A stretch of 63,992 nucleotides of DNA, counting the filler, from Basidioascus undulatus (lineage: Eukaryota), in the NCBI GenBank assembly GCA_000826855.1. It is 17 parts of 17 records of this genome, joined end to end, with 100 filler letters (N's around TTAATTAATTAA, not from the genome) between each part and the next. Parts side by side here need not be neighbours in the genome. Positions count along the whole stretch, not along the records: positions 10,333 to 12,811 come from JTLS01002741.1; positions 12,912 to 15,390 come from JTLS01002742.1; positions 15,491 to 17,962 come from JTLS01002743.1; positions 18,063 to 20,531 come from JTLS01002744.1; positions 20,632 to 23,099 come from JTLS01002745.1; 12 more parts are not named here. One strand, 5' to 3'. How positions within the stretch are numbered: the first letter of the stretch is position 1; each line of letters begins with the position of its first letter. Below, in pieces: positions 10,924 to 23,199 of this stretch. The position numbers were made by a program, and so were the translations under genes. The notes beneath the pieces are model-generated. The model did no database searches. It was not told the origin of the DNA and was given only the letters and a program-made list of their open reading frames with translations.

Positions 10924-13170
10924 TGTCGAATGAAGAAGGTCGGCTGTGGGCCGACAACATTCTGTAACTCGCGTAGTGAGCCTGTCGTTCGGTATTGAGC
11001 TGGCTTGCAGGTGGTGCTGACTAAGCAAAGCGAGGCTGCACTGGTGCACTGGCCAATTTCGTTTCCCACTTGACAGTACATCGTTATAGACTTCATTTGC
11101 TATGGGATCGAAGCTCTGCCGCTGCTTCTCCTAGCCATGGTGGTTAAATCAACGTGACCCAGCCAAACTGACAACTCCCGTCTCCTCCGTGCCGACTTTG
11201 GCTGTAGCCTATGCCGGCTTCCAGTGATGGCTTGGAGTACACTATCAGGTTTTTGATTTTACACAGTCGCAAGCGGGACAGGAAGAGCTAATCAACCAGC
11301 TTGAAGATGCGCGCGCCCAGTGTCGTGCTGGCGATCTTACAACTGAGTGCACCGTCTCTCATTGACGTACACCAATATGGATAATGAAAAATCCCAGCAA
11401 AGGGGTAAGAGTATTGTCTCTGGCACCCCGCTCCACACAGTGGGCTATGTCGAAGGTGAAAGACGACAGTGGTGCGGAAATGTTCAATTGTCGTGTTCGC
11501 TGCTGATAGCTCTTGGTGCCAAGCAACCCCAATAATCTAGTTCTGCGAAGTTTAAAATATCTGTTTCTCCGATATCTGTCTATACTATTACTGGAGCAAC
11601 CTTGCTCATGGGACAGTGTTAGAGGTGTTCCTCCGAATTGCGCTTCGACATTATCAACTAAGCAAAGGAGTTGCTTTAGGACTGGTAATCTTCCGTATGG
11701 TTAAATTGCCGGAGAAATTGATTGCCCAACTTCAACCAACGCATATAGGGTGAAGTGAGGCCGACAGAAAGATCATTTTCAGCCCATTGTGTGCCGTAAC
11801 TACTGCACGAGGCCGTGGCTGTCTCCACATTCACGGTGCCTCTATTCAGAATGTTTAGCCCCACAGTGCCTAAGGTTATTCCATATCTTTTCAGGTGTTC
11901 CTGGCTATCTCCGTCCCTCTTTGTAGACACCCCTGATCGCCAAGTTCATCCACTCCTGCTTATATTGCATCAAGTTTTTCGTTGTACGTCGGCCCTCCCT
12001 CCTCCCACTTCGTTCGCCTTCCATTACTTAAGACCCAGAAGCTCATCCCAAATTCTCCACCCATTCAGCTCTCCTACCCAACTTCGCGCTGGACCTGATC
12101 GCTGCCCTCTACACCGCCCTCGCTCTCTCCAACGTCTTCAACCGCCTCCCCACCTTGCCCCACAAGCTCACCCTTTCGAGGCTGCGCGACTTCCCTATTC
12201 TTCCTAAAATAGTAGTCTCCTACGAAAGGTTCCTTCTTTTTTCCTTCCACTTTTCACCAGTGTGGGGGCTCTACAAACCTGCGGCGCGGTCGTTGCGGTT
12301 GGACACGGGGATCCGACCCTTGAGGAAGCGCATGCGGACCAGCTATGATAGGCTGTGATATGGAAGTGCCATATTTTTGGGACTATTATAAACGTTTGGC
12401 GAGGGACGCACTCTTTCGTGAGGACATCCGCTGGTCAACGCTGCTATCTCTTCTGCTGTGGGGAAGTTAAGCAAGTGAAACCTCGACTACGCACGGCACT
12501 TAGGCAGCTAATCAAGCCTACTAAGACTTCAGCAAGCTGAAATTTCCACTGAATGTTTCGACCGGTCTCGAGACTTTACCTACATACTCCAAGCACAGTA
12601 ACACCAGCAGGTGTCGGTCAGTCTCACTCAAGAAATTCAACATGGTTGTAGCCGTCGAGTTCGACTGAGACAACCTCAAAAACTGAATACCAGGCTTTGG
12701 TATTGAAAGGTTTTGCGCGATTGGAACAGCGCAAAGCAGGGCCCAGAAAGACTATCTGCGCGGCCCGAGGGCTTTTCGCCCGGGGTTTTTTCTTTTTTTT
12801 GTTGGGGGGGGNNNNNNNNNNNNNNNNNNNNNNNNNNNNNNNNNNNNNNNNNNNNTTAATTAATTAANNNNNNNNNNNNNNNNNNNNNNNNNNNNNNNNN
12901 NNNNNNNNNNNAGCTCTTCGAAGGTCTTTCCAGAGGCACACTATTATGGACCTCTCCTGCGACGGATAATGAAGAGTTTTCTGGCCTGTTTTGGGCTACA
13001 TTTTGCTCCATAGTTTGACGACGGCACTCATACAGTTCGACACGCTTCCATCATTTCCCACGCCCGTTGAACGGGGATCCTCTGTCAGTCTGAGCCTGTG
13101 CACCTCAGACTGCATCTCAACCTCTTCCTTCTCACAACCTTCACCCCATAGCTTTCCGTGGAGGTTCACT

Positions 13171-14969
13171 ATGTCTGAGACCGCAGCTTCCTCCCGGCCC
13201 CGGGTCTTCCTGGACTGGTCCATCGGCGGCGAGCCAGCCGGCCGCCTAGTCTTTGAGCTCTTCTCTGGTGCGCTGGTTGCGATCCTACCTCTTTCGGGGC
13301 GAGAGGGATGGCAAGCTCACTTGTGGTGTAGACATCGTACCGAGGACTGCGGAGAACTTCCGCGCGCTGTGCACGGGCGAGAAGGATGCGGACCCCGCGT
13401 CTGGTGAGCTCGCTTTCGCTGTTTGGAATGCTGGAAGGAGTGCTGAGCCGGGCTTGCGGGGTTCAGGCAAGCCGCTGCACTACAAGGACTCTATCTCTCA
13501 CCGGATAATCAAGGGGTAGGTACCTTCTTATTGTGTGATTGTCCTGCTGAACGCGAGCTCATGGAAGGTCTCAGATTCATGGCCCAGTTCGGTATGTCCA
13601 CATCGCGAAAGGCCTGCGCGAGCACGATATTGAGAATGCTGTGTAGGTGACTTCACCAACGCGAATGGCACCGGAGGTGTTTCAATTTACGGCGAGAAGG
13701 TGAGCTTGGGCTGGCTATGACAAGGCTGCGTTCCGAAGTGCTGACGCTCGTGAATGCAGTTCGAGGACGAGAACCTGAATGCTTCCAACGCTGCGCGGCA
13801 TACCAAGCGCGGCATGCTGTCCATGGCCAACTCGGGTCAGTCCCTACTTGCGCCTACCTTTCTCTTATAGGACCATGCCTAACACGAGGGTACTCTCCCC
13901 TGTACAGGCCCTAACACCAACGGCAGCCAGGTCTTCATCACTTTCGGCCCCACCCCTCACCTTGACGGTACGTCCAGTTCAACAATACCATCCAAAGAGC
14001 TATGCTGAGTTCTTCCTGCTTCCGCAGGCAAGCACGTCGTCTTCGGCGAGCTGGTGAAGGGCAAGGGCCTCCTGCGGAGGGTGAGACTTCCGTCGTCGTC
14101 CTGCCTAACCGTACATCTCATCCTCATTACCTTTCCTCTCAGATCGAGAACGTTCCCACCGACTCGTCCGACAAGCCTCAGGAGGAAGTCCGGATCGTCG
14201 ACTCTGGCGAGCTTGCGCCGGGGCAGCACGACGGGATCGCCGAGCCCGCGCCTGGCTGGCACGAGGTAAGTAACAGTAACGCTCAAGGAAGAAGCCACGA
14301 CGCCGGCCCGCCTAGATAGCTTAAAGGGAGATTTGGGTTGGGTTGGGTAACAGGACTACCCGGAGGACGACGACACGAACGTGGAGGAGAAGCCCGAGGT
14401 CGCGCTCGAGGTCGCGGACGAGATCAAGGCGGGCGGGACGGCGGCGTTCAAGGCGGGCGAGCAGGAGAAGGCTTTGGCGCACTGGCAGAGTGCGTTGTTT
14501 GTTCTCTGTCCTACCCTGCTTTGCCCGCACTCGAGAGTGACCGCAACACCCTTCGTTCGCTACCCGTGCAGAGGCACTGCGGTACCTCGATACCCACCCG
14601 CAAGGCACCCTCCCCGACGACACACCCGCCGCCTTCACCAAGAAATACACCTCCGCGCGGCTCTCCCTCCTGCTCAACATCGCGCTTGTGTCGAACAAGC
14701 TGGGTCGGTACATCCTCGCCGAGCAGGCCTCCACGCGCGCGCTCGCGCTGCCGGACCTCGCGCCCTCGGACCAGGCCAAGGCGCTCTACCGGCGGGGCAT
14801 CGCGCAGGCGGGGCTGAAGAACGAGAATGAGGCGGAGGAGGACCTCAGGAAGGCCTTGGAGCTTGTGCCCGGCGACGCGGGCATCAAGCGCGAGCTCGAC
14901 GCGGGCATCAAGCGCCGCGAGGAGCGCAAGAAGAAGGAGCGCGCGGCGTATGCCAAGATGTTCTCGTGA
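13171..14969 (+). CDS. CPR6: Cyclophilin-40 type PPIase with C-terminal TPRs (Cpr6/PPID)
   Basis: [92 protein letters not shown]; ends [11 protein letters not shown]. Confidence 0.95.
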
Positions 14970-15196
14970 TTAATAATGGATGCTGGATGCCCAATGGAAT
15001 TGTTACTGATCTGAATGGCTGCGGTCGACTTATAGTAGCCGACGCAGACATCCTTTCTTTTCGCAGCGTCTCGTGGGTGATGAGCGTACATCGTTATGAA
15101 AGGCACTCAGCCAGACATTGCGTCATTTTACGCTCGCAAGACATTCGCTTTCCATTGCAAATGGCCCCGCCAGTAGTTGCGTGCAGCTCAGACGCA

Positions 15197-15352
15197 TCAA
15201 ATGTCCATGCTGACGCTCACGCTCGTCTCCATATCCCCCTCGCCGTCTTCCCCGTCGCCGCCCTGCGTCAGCCCCTCCCTCTCCATGCTCTCCTCCTCCA
15301 TCGATACCGCCCCGCTCTCCTCCATCGAGACCATCGCCGTTGATATCATCTG
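15197..15352 (-). CDS. Probable last exon of an unidentified gene (acidic tail)
   Basis: After a CAG acceptor: MISTAMVSMEESGAVSMEEESMEREGLTQGGDGEDGEGDMETSVSVSMDI*. Confidence 0.3.
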   Translation of the reverse strand, partial: QMISTAMVSMEESGAVSMEEESMEREGLTQGGDGEDGEGDMETSVSVSMDI

Positions 15353-15490
15353 CGCAGCTCTTCAGGTCGAGGAAGGTGGATGCCCTCAAGNNNNNNNNNN
15401 NNNNNNNNNNNNNNNNNNNNNNNNNNNNNNNNNNTTAATTAATTAANNNNNNNNNNNNNNNNNNNNNNNNNNNNNNNNNNNNNNNNNNNN

Positions 15491-16962
15491 GGGGTTAGTG
15501 GGCAGGATGGCATGGGAGGGGAAGGAGGAGAGGGGGAAGGAAACGCACTTTGCGAACCGCTCCCATCCGTCGGCGATGTCGCCCAAGATGTGCATGATGG
15601 GGCGCGTCTTCTCCCACATCGCGTCCTGCATCGGCTGCTTAGTCTGCTCCACGGCCGGCGGGTCGTTAGGCTTCGAATTGTTAGCCTGTGGAACCTTTCC
15701 TTCAGGCAACCAGACAAGAGCGCATCGTACCTTATCCTTCCCCGCCGTCTTATCGCCCTTCGCCCGACTCTGGGCCTCCGCAGCGTCCCCCACAGCCGTC
15801 GGGTCCGGCAGCCCCTGCCCCACATCCTTCTCCCCCTTCTCCCTCTTCTCCTCGCCCTCCCTGCGCTGGGCATCCGACTGCGCCGCCGGGGGCGGGGCGT
15901 CCTTCCCCGCCGCCGCGCCGACGGCGATGCTCGTGAGGCCGGTGACGAAGTTGCTCGCCTCCTGCTCGACCGCCTCGCCCTCGTACTCCTCCGCCGCGCC
16001 CGTCAGGCTGTCCTTGCTCCCCAGGTGCCCCGCCGGCGGCGCCTTCACCGTCCCCGAGGAGACCGAGATCGCCGCCAGCGGGGCGGGCGGGAAGAGGTAG
16101 GTCCGTGCCGGGGGGTGGATGATGAGGAGGATTAGGGTGGAGAGGAAGAGCGGGAGGAGGAGGTCGAGGCGCCAGGCGGTGAAGTAGACCTGTCGGGCGG
16201 TCAACCAGATCAGCGTGAAGAGATCGAGGCGGGGAGGGGGGAAGGAAGACGTACAGCACAGAACGCCGCCGTCCGTCTTCGCTCAGTCCACGAGCGGATC
16301 CGCGCAATGTGCTTCCCCGCCGCGGCAAGACAGACAATGACGGTGATGTACAGTCGCTCGACCGTGCTGCGCAGCTTGTCCGGCGAGAACTCGTCCTTGT
16401 CGGCTATGTTGAGGTCGAGCCGCCCGGGAGGTGGGTGTGGGATCGCTTTGACGTGGTAGATTTGCTTTGGGTCGGAGAGGGGATGTCAGGAGAAGGAAGG
16501 TCAAAGGGAAGAGGAAGAGAGAGAGAGTAGAAACGCACATTGTTGAATCGCCGCACGAGCACCCACAGATGCTCGTTGTCCATGCCGTGCACGACCGGGA
16601 CAGGCACACTGCGTCCCCGCACCCATTCAGTCTTGCTGCTTCCCCTCAAGGTCGCCCCGTCCGCTCCCCACTTGAACTCACAGAGGGTCCTCGCTCCACC
16701 CCAAGTCCTCAGTCTCCGGATCGTCCGGCCTCTGCGGATCCCCGCCCGCGACGACAGGCGCGTGGTCGGTCGCCGTGGGCAGGTCGGCGATCCGCTCGGG
16801 CGTCACGTCGGCGGGGGGGAGGCCGTCGCCCGCGTCGGGCAGCTCAGCGGCGGCGGCAGCGGCGGTGGTGGTTGCACGAGTGTGCTCGGAAGGCGCTGCG
16901 GGGGCGGCGTGCGTCGTGGAAGTGTCGACCACCGGGGGTTGTTTCGGGCCTTGCTCGTCCAT
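15491..16962 (-). CDS. DUF3292-family fungal membrane protein, 3'-truncated
   Basis: DLGWSEDP, VPVPVVHGMDNEHLWVLVRRFN, DEFSPDKLRSTVERLY, HIARIRSWTERRRTA, LFPPAPLA, GEAVEQEASNFV, DGWERFAN. Confidence 0.88.
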
Positions 16963-18417
16963 CGCTCGGTATCGATGGGTCAGTTCTACGCAAATTATTT
17001 GAGGATATGTTGATTGTTCAAGTTGAAGAGAGAAGCAGCGATATTCTGTGGTTCGAGCATCGTGTGAATGGGTGTGGGGTAGAGCGGATGTTGGTGAACG
17101 AACGTCAGCGTCTTCTTTGACGATGTCATCGAGCAACGCTGCAACGCCACCGCAGTTGAGCCTCTTCCGCTCCCAGACAACTTCAACTAGACGACAGCCT
17201 GTGAAAACAAGTGAAAACGATGATAAACTCGATATGCGAATCCTCATGTGCGCGGCACGCAGCTGCTCAAGCGTGGGAGGAGGGACCCGCCTGGCTTACT
17301 CGGAGGGAGAGGGACGGACAGACCAGCGTCACGCACGTTCGGAACATGCCCAGCGCTTTGAGAAAGCGCTTACCGGTAGGCATCCACAGCAATTAGACAT
17401 TATATTCTATCGAGATGTGCATGAAGAGGAGCATCGCGAGCTCCTCGACCACAGGCACCCAAACCGAAAACGTTGCACAGCGAAGTAGCTTCGGAACTCA
17501 GAACCATTCTGACCTCCATATTCCCAAATGGAGCCCATATTTTCTTGGAAGCGTAGGACATAACGATACTTGCGCTCCGCTATACGCAAGCAGATCCCAC
17601 TTGTTGTCTGTTTGGTGCGAGAGGACCTCAGGCTGCAGTGGTATCAGCCCAGTCCTTTCTTGGTATCTCCCTTGGAAGTTAGCTTCAAGGCTCCCCAATA
17701 TATATATATGGTACCATCATCTTCATCCTCTGTAGAGCAGGAGCTCTCACACTGAGAAGAAGAGGAAGGACCGGGGCGGTCGCGTCCACAGCACACTTTA
17801 AGGATCAACTCCTACATCGAGTCCACGAGAGCCAAGTGATCCGGGCTTCCCGCTGCATTATATATGGTATTTTTTGGAGTAGCAACAGTGTAAGGGAAGG
17901 GGATGGGAGGGATGAGGTGAGGGAATAGAAGGGAGGAGAAAGGCAGGAAAGATCGGAAGAGCNNNNNNNNNNNNNNNNNNNNNNNNNNNNNNNNNNNNNN
18001 NNNNNNTTAATTAATTAANNNNNNNNNNNNNNNNNNNNNNNNNNNNNNNNNNNNNNNNNNNNATATCGAAGTCACTCCCCTGCACGGTTCACTCAGCTTG
18101 CATCGACGGCGAAGCGAGGAACCGACATATCCCACTATAATCTTCAATAAGCATCCAAAGAAAACAAAGAGAAATTATCTGCAAAACATTACCATAAACG
18201 CTTCATCTATAAGTTGACAAGCGATCCTCACTTCGCGCAGTGTAACAGCAAGGTCGAGCAAGACCCCCAGGGCCTCTATAGAGGCGACTAAGAAAGGGTT
18301 CATTGTCCCTGTGGATACCTTGACGTCTGTCGATATGGCGAAATAAGGCGAAAGTTCACGGGATCATGACATGAAAATGTGCAATGGAACGTGAGTTGGC
18401 ACAGAGAGTCTGAAAAC

Positions 18418-19236
18418 TCACTGGCCCTCGAATTGATCAGAGAGCTCCCTTGGCGTTCCAGATAAGAACATTTCCAATACGCTCAATCCGGCTGGAGATC
18501 TCGGAAAGGTGGACAGGGCCTGTAGCTTTGGGTGAACGCTCCGAAGGAGCCACAAATTTCTGAGCACAGAACTGGAGCAGTGCTGACAGAGGAGCGACTT
18601 GCGCAGCCTCAATTGAGCGGATAAGCGAAATATAACCGGCAGTACATGTACTTCAGTGCCGCTTCGACAAAGATACATCGCTCAAAGCTGGAAGGCACAC
18701 AGGACCGAACAGTGCAGCTATCCGGCGCAGTCACGCCATCAAAGATGCGCAAGACCGGAGGAGCAACGTACGTAACGGCCAACGACCTTGGGTTGTTTGA
18801 CCGTGCACACGCCTAGCGCATCGGCAGCACCCGCCAGCGTGGTCCGCAACGTATGGACCTGGCACAGGAGCGCAGCCCATCCCTTTTCGTCCGCGCTATC
18901 CTCCCAGAACCAAGGCACTTCGCGCTCGCGCTCTTCGGCCTGAACCTCCTCCTCCATCTTCTTGCGCCAAAAGCCCAGCTGCCGCTTCTTATTTTCTGGG
19001 ATGTCTGCCTCATCCACGTCGAGGTCGTCGGGCACTAGCTGGACCTGAGAGACAACTGGGATGAGGTAGACCACCGTGGGCTCGGCAGCCCTCTCCTCAA
19101 GTCGCGTCGGTCCTCTTGTCGGCAATTGCGCATCCGAGTCTATCAATCTTCGAGAGTCGCTTTTGAAAGATCTCCGCAGGGCTGGCGTTTTCGAGCTCCG
19201 GATCGAAGTCGACAAGGACAAAGAGATTATCTTCAA
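18418..19236 (-). other. Orphan or decayed coding-like segment
   Basis: Protein-like ORFs 18739-19236 (FWRKKMEEEVQAEEREREVPWFWED) and 18418-18678; no family recognised. Confidence 0.25.
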
Positions 19237-20211
19237 CTGATGCTACGGCGGCCCGAAGTCGATCGAGCGCCGTGTCCGACAGCCGGAGGGTAAAGGAAGA
19301 GAGGTCGTTTGTAGAGGCCAGTCATGAGATAGCAGTCATGGGGTGTCAATCTTGGAACTGGATGAGGATGAGCTGATAGGCAACGAGGGTAGGCTGCTCG
19401 GCACGATTTTGATCCCGCACGATTGCATCACTCAATATGTAAATCCTCTTGATTATATAAGGCCCACAGAGACTTTTTAGGAGGTTTCAAGTTTATCCAA
19501 AACGGTTACCATGTTTGTGCCGTGAAATGATGCGGGAGCAGACAGCAGTACGACCTATTCGAGCGCCCTTGGCGGCCCTGCTCTCAATCTCCACTTTCCT
19601 TGAACACCGTTACAGTATCCACCAAGGATTTTACGGTGTCGGTCTGTGGTCCCAAAAAAGGCGGGCCTGCATGCTTGCACATGTCAGACACAGCTTTGTG
19701 TCAGTCCTGTAGGGCGACAAGGTCCGCTTACTGGGGGCCACCGGTACAGCTACACCTAATCCAGCAACGCATTGCGACGTGACTGCGGCGTATTCCAAAA
19801 TCAATCACAACCAAAGAGTGTACGTATGTATGCTACTGCCAAAACTAACAAAAGACTGCTTGAACTAAGTAAAAAGGTGTGTGCAGGGTGAGTCACAGAC
19901 TCGAAAGAAAGAACGGGGGTAACTAGAAAAAAATCAAGAAAGATCATGGGCATTACAAAGTGGCAGGTGCTGGTACCGTCAAGCCGGGTGGGTGGGTAGC
20001 AAAGCAGTGACCGGGAGCGGGGAATCGTGCTACGTCAAGTCGATGAACGGCGGAAGGGAAAGATGCACAGAAGTGAGAAGAGAACTATGGTCGTGTGTAT
20101 GGCGCGTAGAGGGTATGCAGCAGCGGCGAAGTGAAGCGGGAAAGACATAAAGGAAGAAGAGAGCTCAGAAACCAAAAGAAGCAGCAATGATCGACGGCCC
20201 TCACGCGCACT

Positions 20212-20531
20212 CTATTTCTTCGCAGGTTTAGGCCACAGCCCCTCGCTCTGCCCACACCAAACACATGCCGTCAGAATCGACAAGTTCTCTCCCAGAAAGA
20301 TGCGCAACGCACCCGGAACCCGTCCACGATCTCCTGTATCAGTTCGGGCGTCGGCTTCTTGTGCTTGAGCTCGAAGCCGACGACGGAGCGGATCTTGGAC
20401 GCGTCGAGCGCGATGGGCGTCTTTTTGAACGCGTGCGCGTCGAGCTGTTGTGCGTGGGTGGGGGAGGGCTTAGAGAGGAAGGGAGAAGAGGATGATGGGG
20501 TCCAGAGGGAAGCTGTGCGCAGGCTGTAGAC
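20212..20531 (-). CDS. 3' end of a probable NAD-dependent epimerase/dehydratase-family protein
   Basis: LDAHAFKKTPIALDASKIRSVVGFELKHKKPTPELIQEIVDGFR|SEGLWPKPAKK*, one GT-AG intron. Confidence 0.55.
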
Positions 20532-20631
20532 NNNNNNNNNNNNNNNNNNNNNNNNNNNNNNNNNNNNNNNNNNNNTTAATTAATTAANNNNNNNNNNNNN
20601 NNNNNNNNNNNNNNNNNNNNNNNNNNNNNNN

Positions 20632-21835
20632 GCGCCTCCGCCCCGTCGTTGAAGGCTTTGGTGGTCGAGCGGAGGACGGCCTCCTCGAATGGCGCAGCGA
20701 CGAGCGCGCGGAAGTCGAGCCCTACGCGCGCGAAGGAGGACGCACAGTACCCCGTCGCGGTGAGGAGGCTCGCGAGCGCCGCGGTGTCGTCGATGCGGGG
20801 GACGTGCTCGTGCATGACGCCTAGCAGCTCCGCCATCACGTCCACCGCGAACTCGATGAGGAGCGGCTGGCCATGGGAGGCGGGGGAGGGGCAGGAGTCG
20901 AGGAAGATGGTCGTGTACTGGGAGATGATGTCGAAGACGTGTTCGCGGAAGAGGTCGAGGTACCGCCGGACGTAGCGCACCGGGTCCGCGCGCTCGGGCT
21001 CGATCGCGCTGACTCGCCCGCGGAAGTGTTCCAGTCGCGCGGAGAGGAACGCCGTGCGCAGCTCGGGCTCGTCGAGCTCGCCCATGCGGCGGAGGAACGC
21101 GATCGCCTTCACAAACGTCGGGAGCTTCGCGGGCTCGCGCAGGAGGGCGAGCAGCTGGCCGACCATGAGGCGCATGCTCTCGCGCACCTCGGCATCAACG
21201 TCCTGCACGATCAGGACGTCCGCGAACCGCTGTGCGAGCGCCGCGGAGTGCGCGGACAGCTCGAGCGCCTCCTGGTAGTACCCGTTTCGGACGCACGTGT
21301 CGATCAGCTGCGGGAGCTCGAGGACATCAAGCAGCTTGTCGTGCTGCTCCAGGACGAGGGCCGCGCGCCGCCGCTCGGCCTGAATCGCGCGTGTCGAGGA
21401 CGCGAAGGACACGCAGGCGTCTTCGAGGGCCGGCACGGCGGAGAGGAGCCCGTCGAGCGCGGACTCGAAGGACGCGAACGCGGTGGTCACGCCTGAGGCG
21501 CACGTGTCCGCCGAGAGGAAGGTCTGGTACTCCCTGTGGCAGAGGTTCGTGAGCTCTGTGTCGATGAGCGCGGATTCGTCGGAGAGCGCGGAGGGCTCGG
21601 ACTGCAGCGACGAGAGCGGCTGGGAGGAGAGATGCCTGAGGTAGGTCGATGTAGAGGGGGTGGAGAGGAGGGAGGTGAGGTGCTCGGCGCTGGAGGAGGA
21701 GGAGGACGGCTGGGAGGGGGGCGTGGAGAGGAGGAGGTCGACGAGGGAGGCGTGCTCAGCTGAGGTAGAAGTGGACGTCGATGGCCCGGCGCGCCCGTTG
21801 GCTGCCTGGGCCGGAGGTGATGCGACCGTCGCCAT
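20632..21835 (-). CDS. COG8: Conserved oligomeric Golgi complex subunit 8 (Dor1 family), 3'-truncated
   Basis: ELTNLCHREYQTFL, HDKLLDVLELPQLIDTCVRNGYYQEALEL, FREHVFDIISQY, YCASSFARVGLDFR. Confidence 0.93.
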
Positions 21836-22811
21836 GGTGGGGCTGAGCAGCGGAGCTCAGCGTGGACTTGGAGCCGGGAACTGGACTGCTACTCACCTTG
21901 ACTAGCCCAATACAATCCCAGGAAAGCACAATCTCCCAGCTACAACACCCTCTCAGCTGTGGAATCGAAAGAAGGTCAGGGCCCCCCAGCAGGAAAGGCT
22001 GCTAGGCCGTTACGGACTGTACGAGCGTCGTATGCGCGGATATCAATGTGCGCGGCACAGATTCGTGAGCGGGTAGATGTGCGTTAAGATGGAGAGAATG
22101 CAGTGGGTTGAAGGAGAAAGACAGCGGTTCGAAGGGTACGCGAGCAGGACGCGGTGCTCAGTGCTGGCCTGGTGCGGCGAGAGATTTGGGAGACCACTTT
22201 GCACTACATCGGTGCGTCGCCAAAGAAGCGGCTACTCGCTCTGCGTCCGCACGTGCAATCACGCCAACTGTCAACAAACCGCGATCTCCAGCCCCTTGCC
22301 TACCGGCTCTTCCGATACAGGTAAAATATATTTATGTCGTTCGGAGTTGCCGTGGCTGCGCAAAGAACTCCGACTACTTACAGTAGATTGAAAGCGGCCA
22401 AAGCTTACAGGCAAGACGGCTGTGGACTTGTCTTAGTCTTGGCCCGCTGCATAGCAATTTCACTACAGTTTGGCAACCTTCAGCAACCCTATTTCCTTCA
22501 GTTCCCTTCCAAACATTCTTTCCTCCGTGTTTTCAAAGGAAACCTTTTACGTTGAAAGGCAGTGTTGAGGCTGAGGCCCGGTCGATGGCGTCGACCTGGA
22601 CGACTGCCGATGACGGGGCGGGCGGGAAGGTATGGGTCAGCGCGCGATGAGGCTGGACTGTCGCTGGACTGCATCGTGGCCTAGCAGCAGCGGGTGTAAA
22701 GTAAGTTGTCGTCACCATCACTCACTATGCTGGTGCTTTCTTCTTGCCCCTAGCGATGCCTCTCGCGTCTTCTTGCCTCTCACCACCACCACCATCTCTG
22801 CCGCCGCTACG

Positions 22812-23030
22812 ATGTCGTACAGCTACAACCCCCAGCAGGGCCAGCAGTGGGGCCACCAGCAGCCCGGGTACCCGCCCGCGGGGTACCAGCCCAATAACCA
22901 GCAGTACGCGCCGCCGCAGGGCCCGTCGCCGTTAGCGATGAACGGCTCTCAGCCGTACGCGTTCTCGCAGCCCGCGCAACCTCCCCAGCAGCAGGCGGTC
23001 GTGGACGAGAAGAGCGATCCGGCGTACGGG
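22812..23030 (+). CDS. First exon of a Q/P/Y-rich protein, possibly Pns1/choline-transporter-like (partial)
   Basis: MSYSYNPQQGQQWG...YAPPQGP...DEKSDPAYG then a GTGCGT donor; the family guess rests on the low-complexity N-terminus only. Confidence 0.4.
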
Positions 23031-23199
23031 GTGCGTCTTGTGTTCCGCCCCGTCCGGGTGGAATGGAACCCCGACCACCAGCGCATCGGGCTCCCATTCN
23101 NNNNNNNNNNNNNNNNNNNNNNNNNNNNNNNNNNNNNNNNNNNTTAATTAATTAANNNNNNNNNNNNNNNNNNNNNNNNNNNNNNNNNNNNNNNNNNNN

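Noticed and set aside
12760..12811. Hairpin plus poly-T resembling a bacterial terminator
   Set aside because: Eukaryotic context, at a low-quality homopolymer contig end
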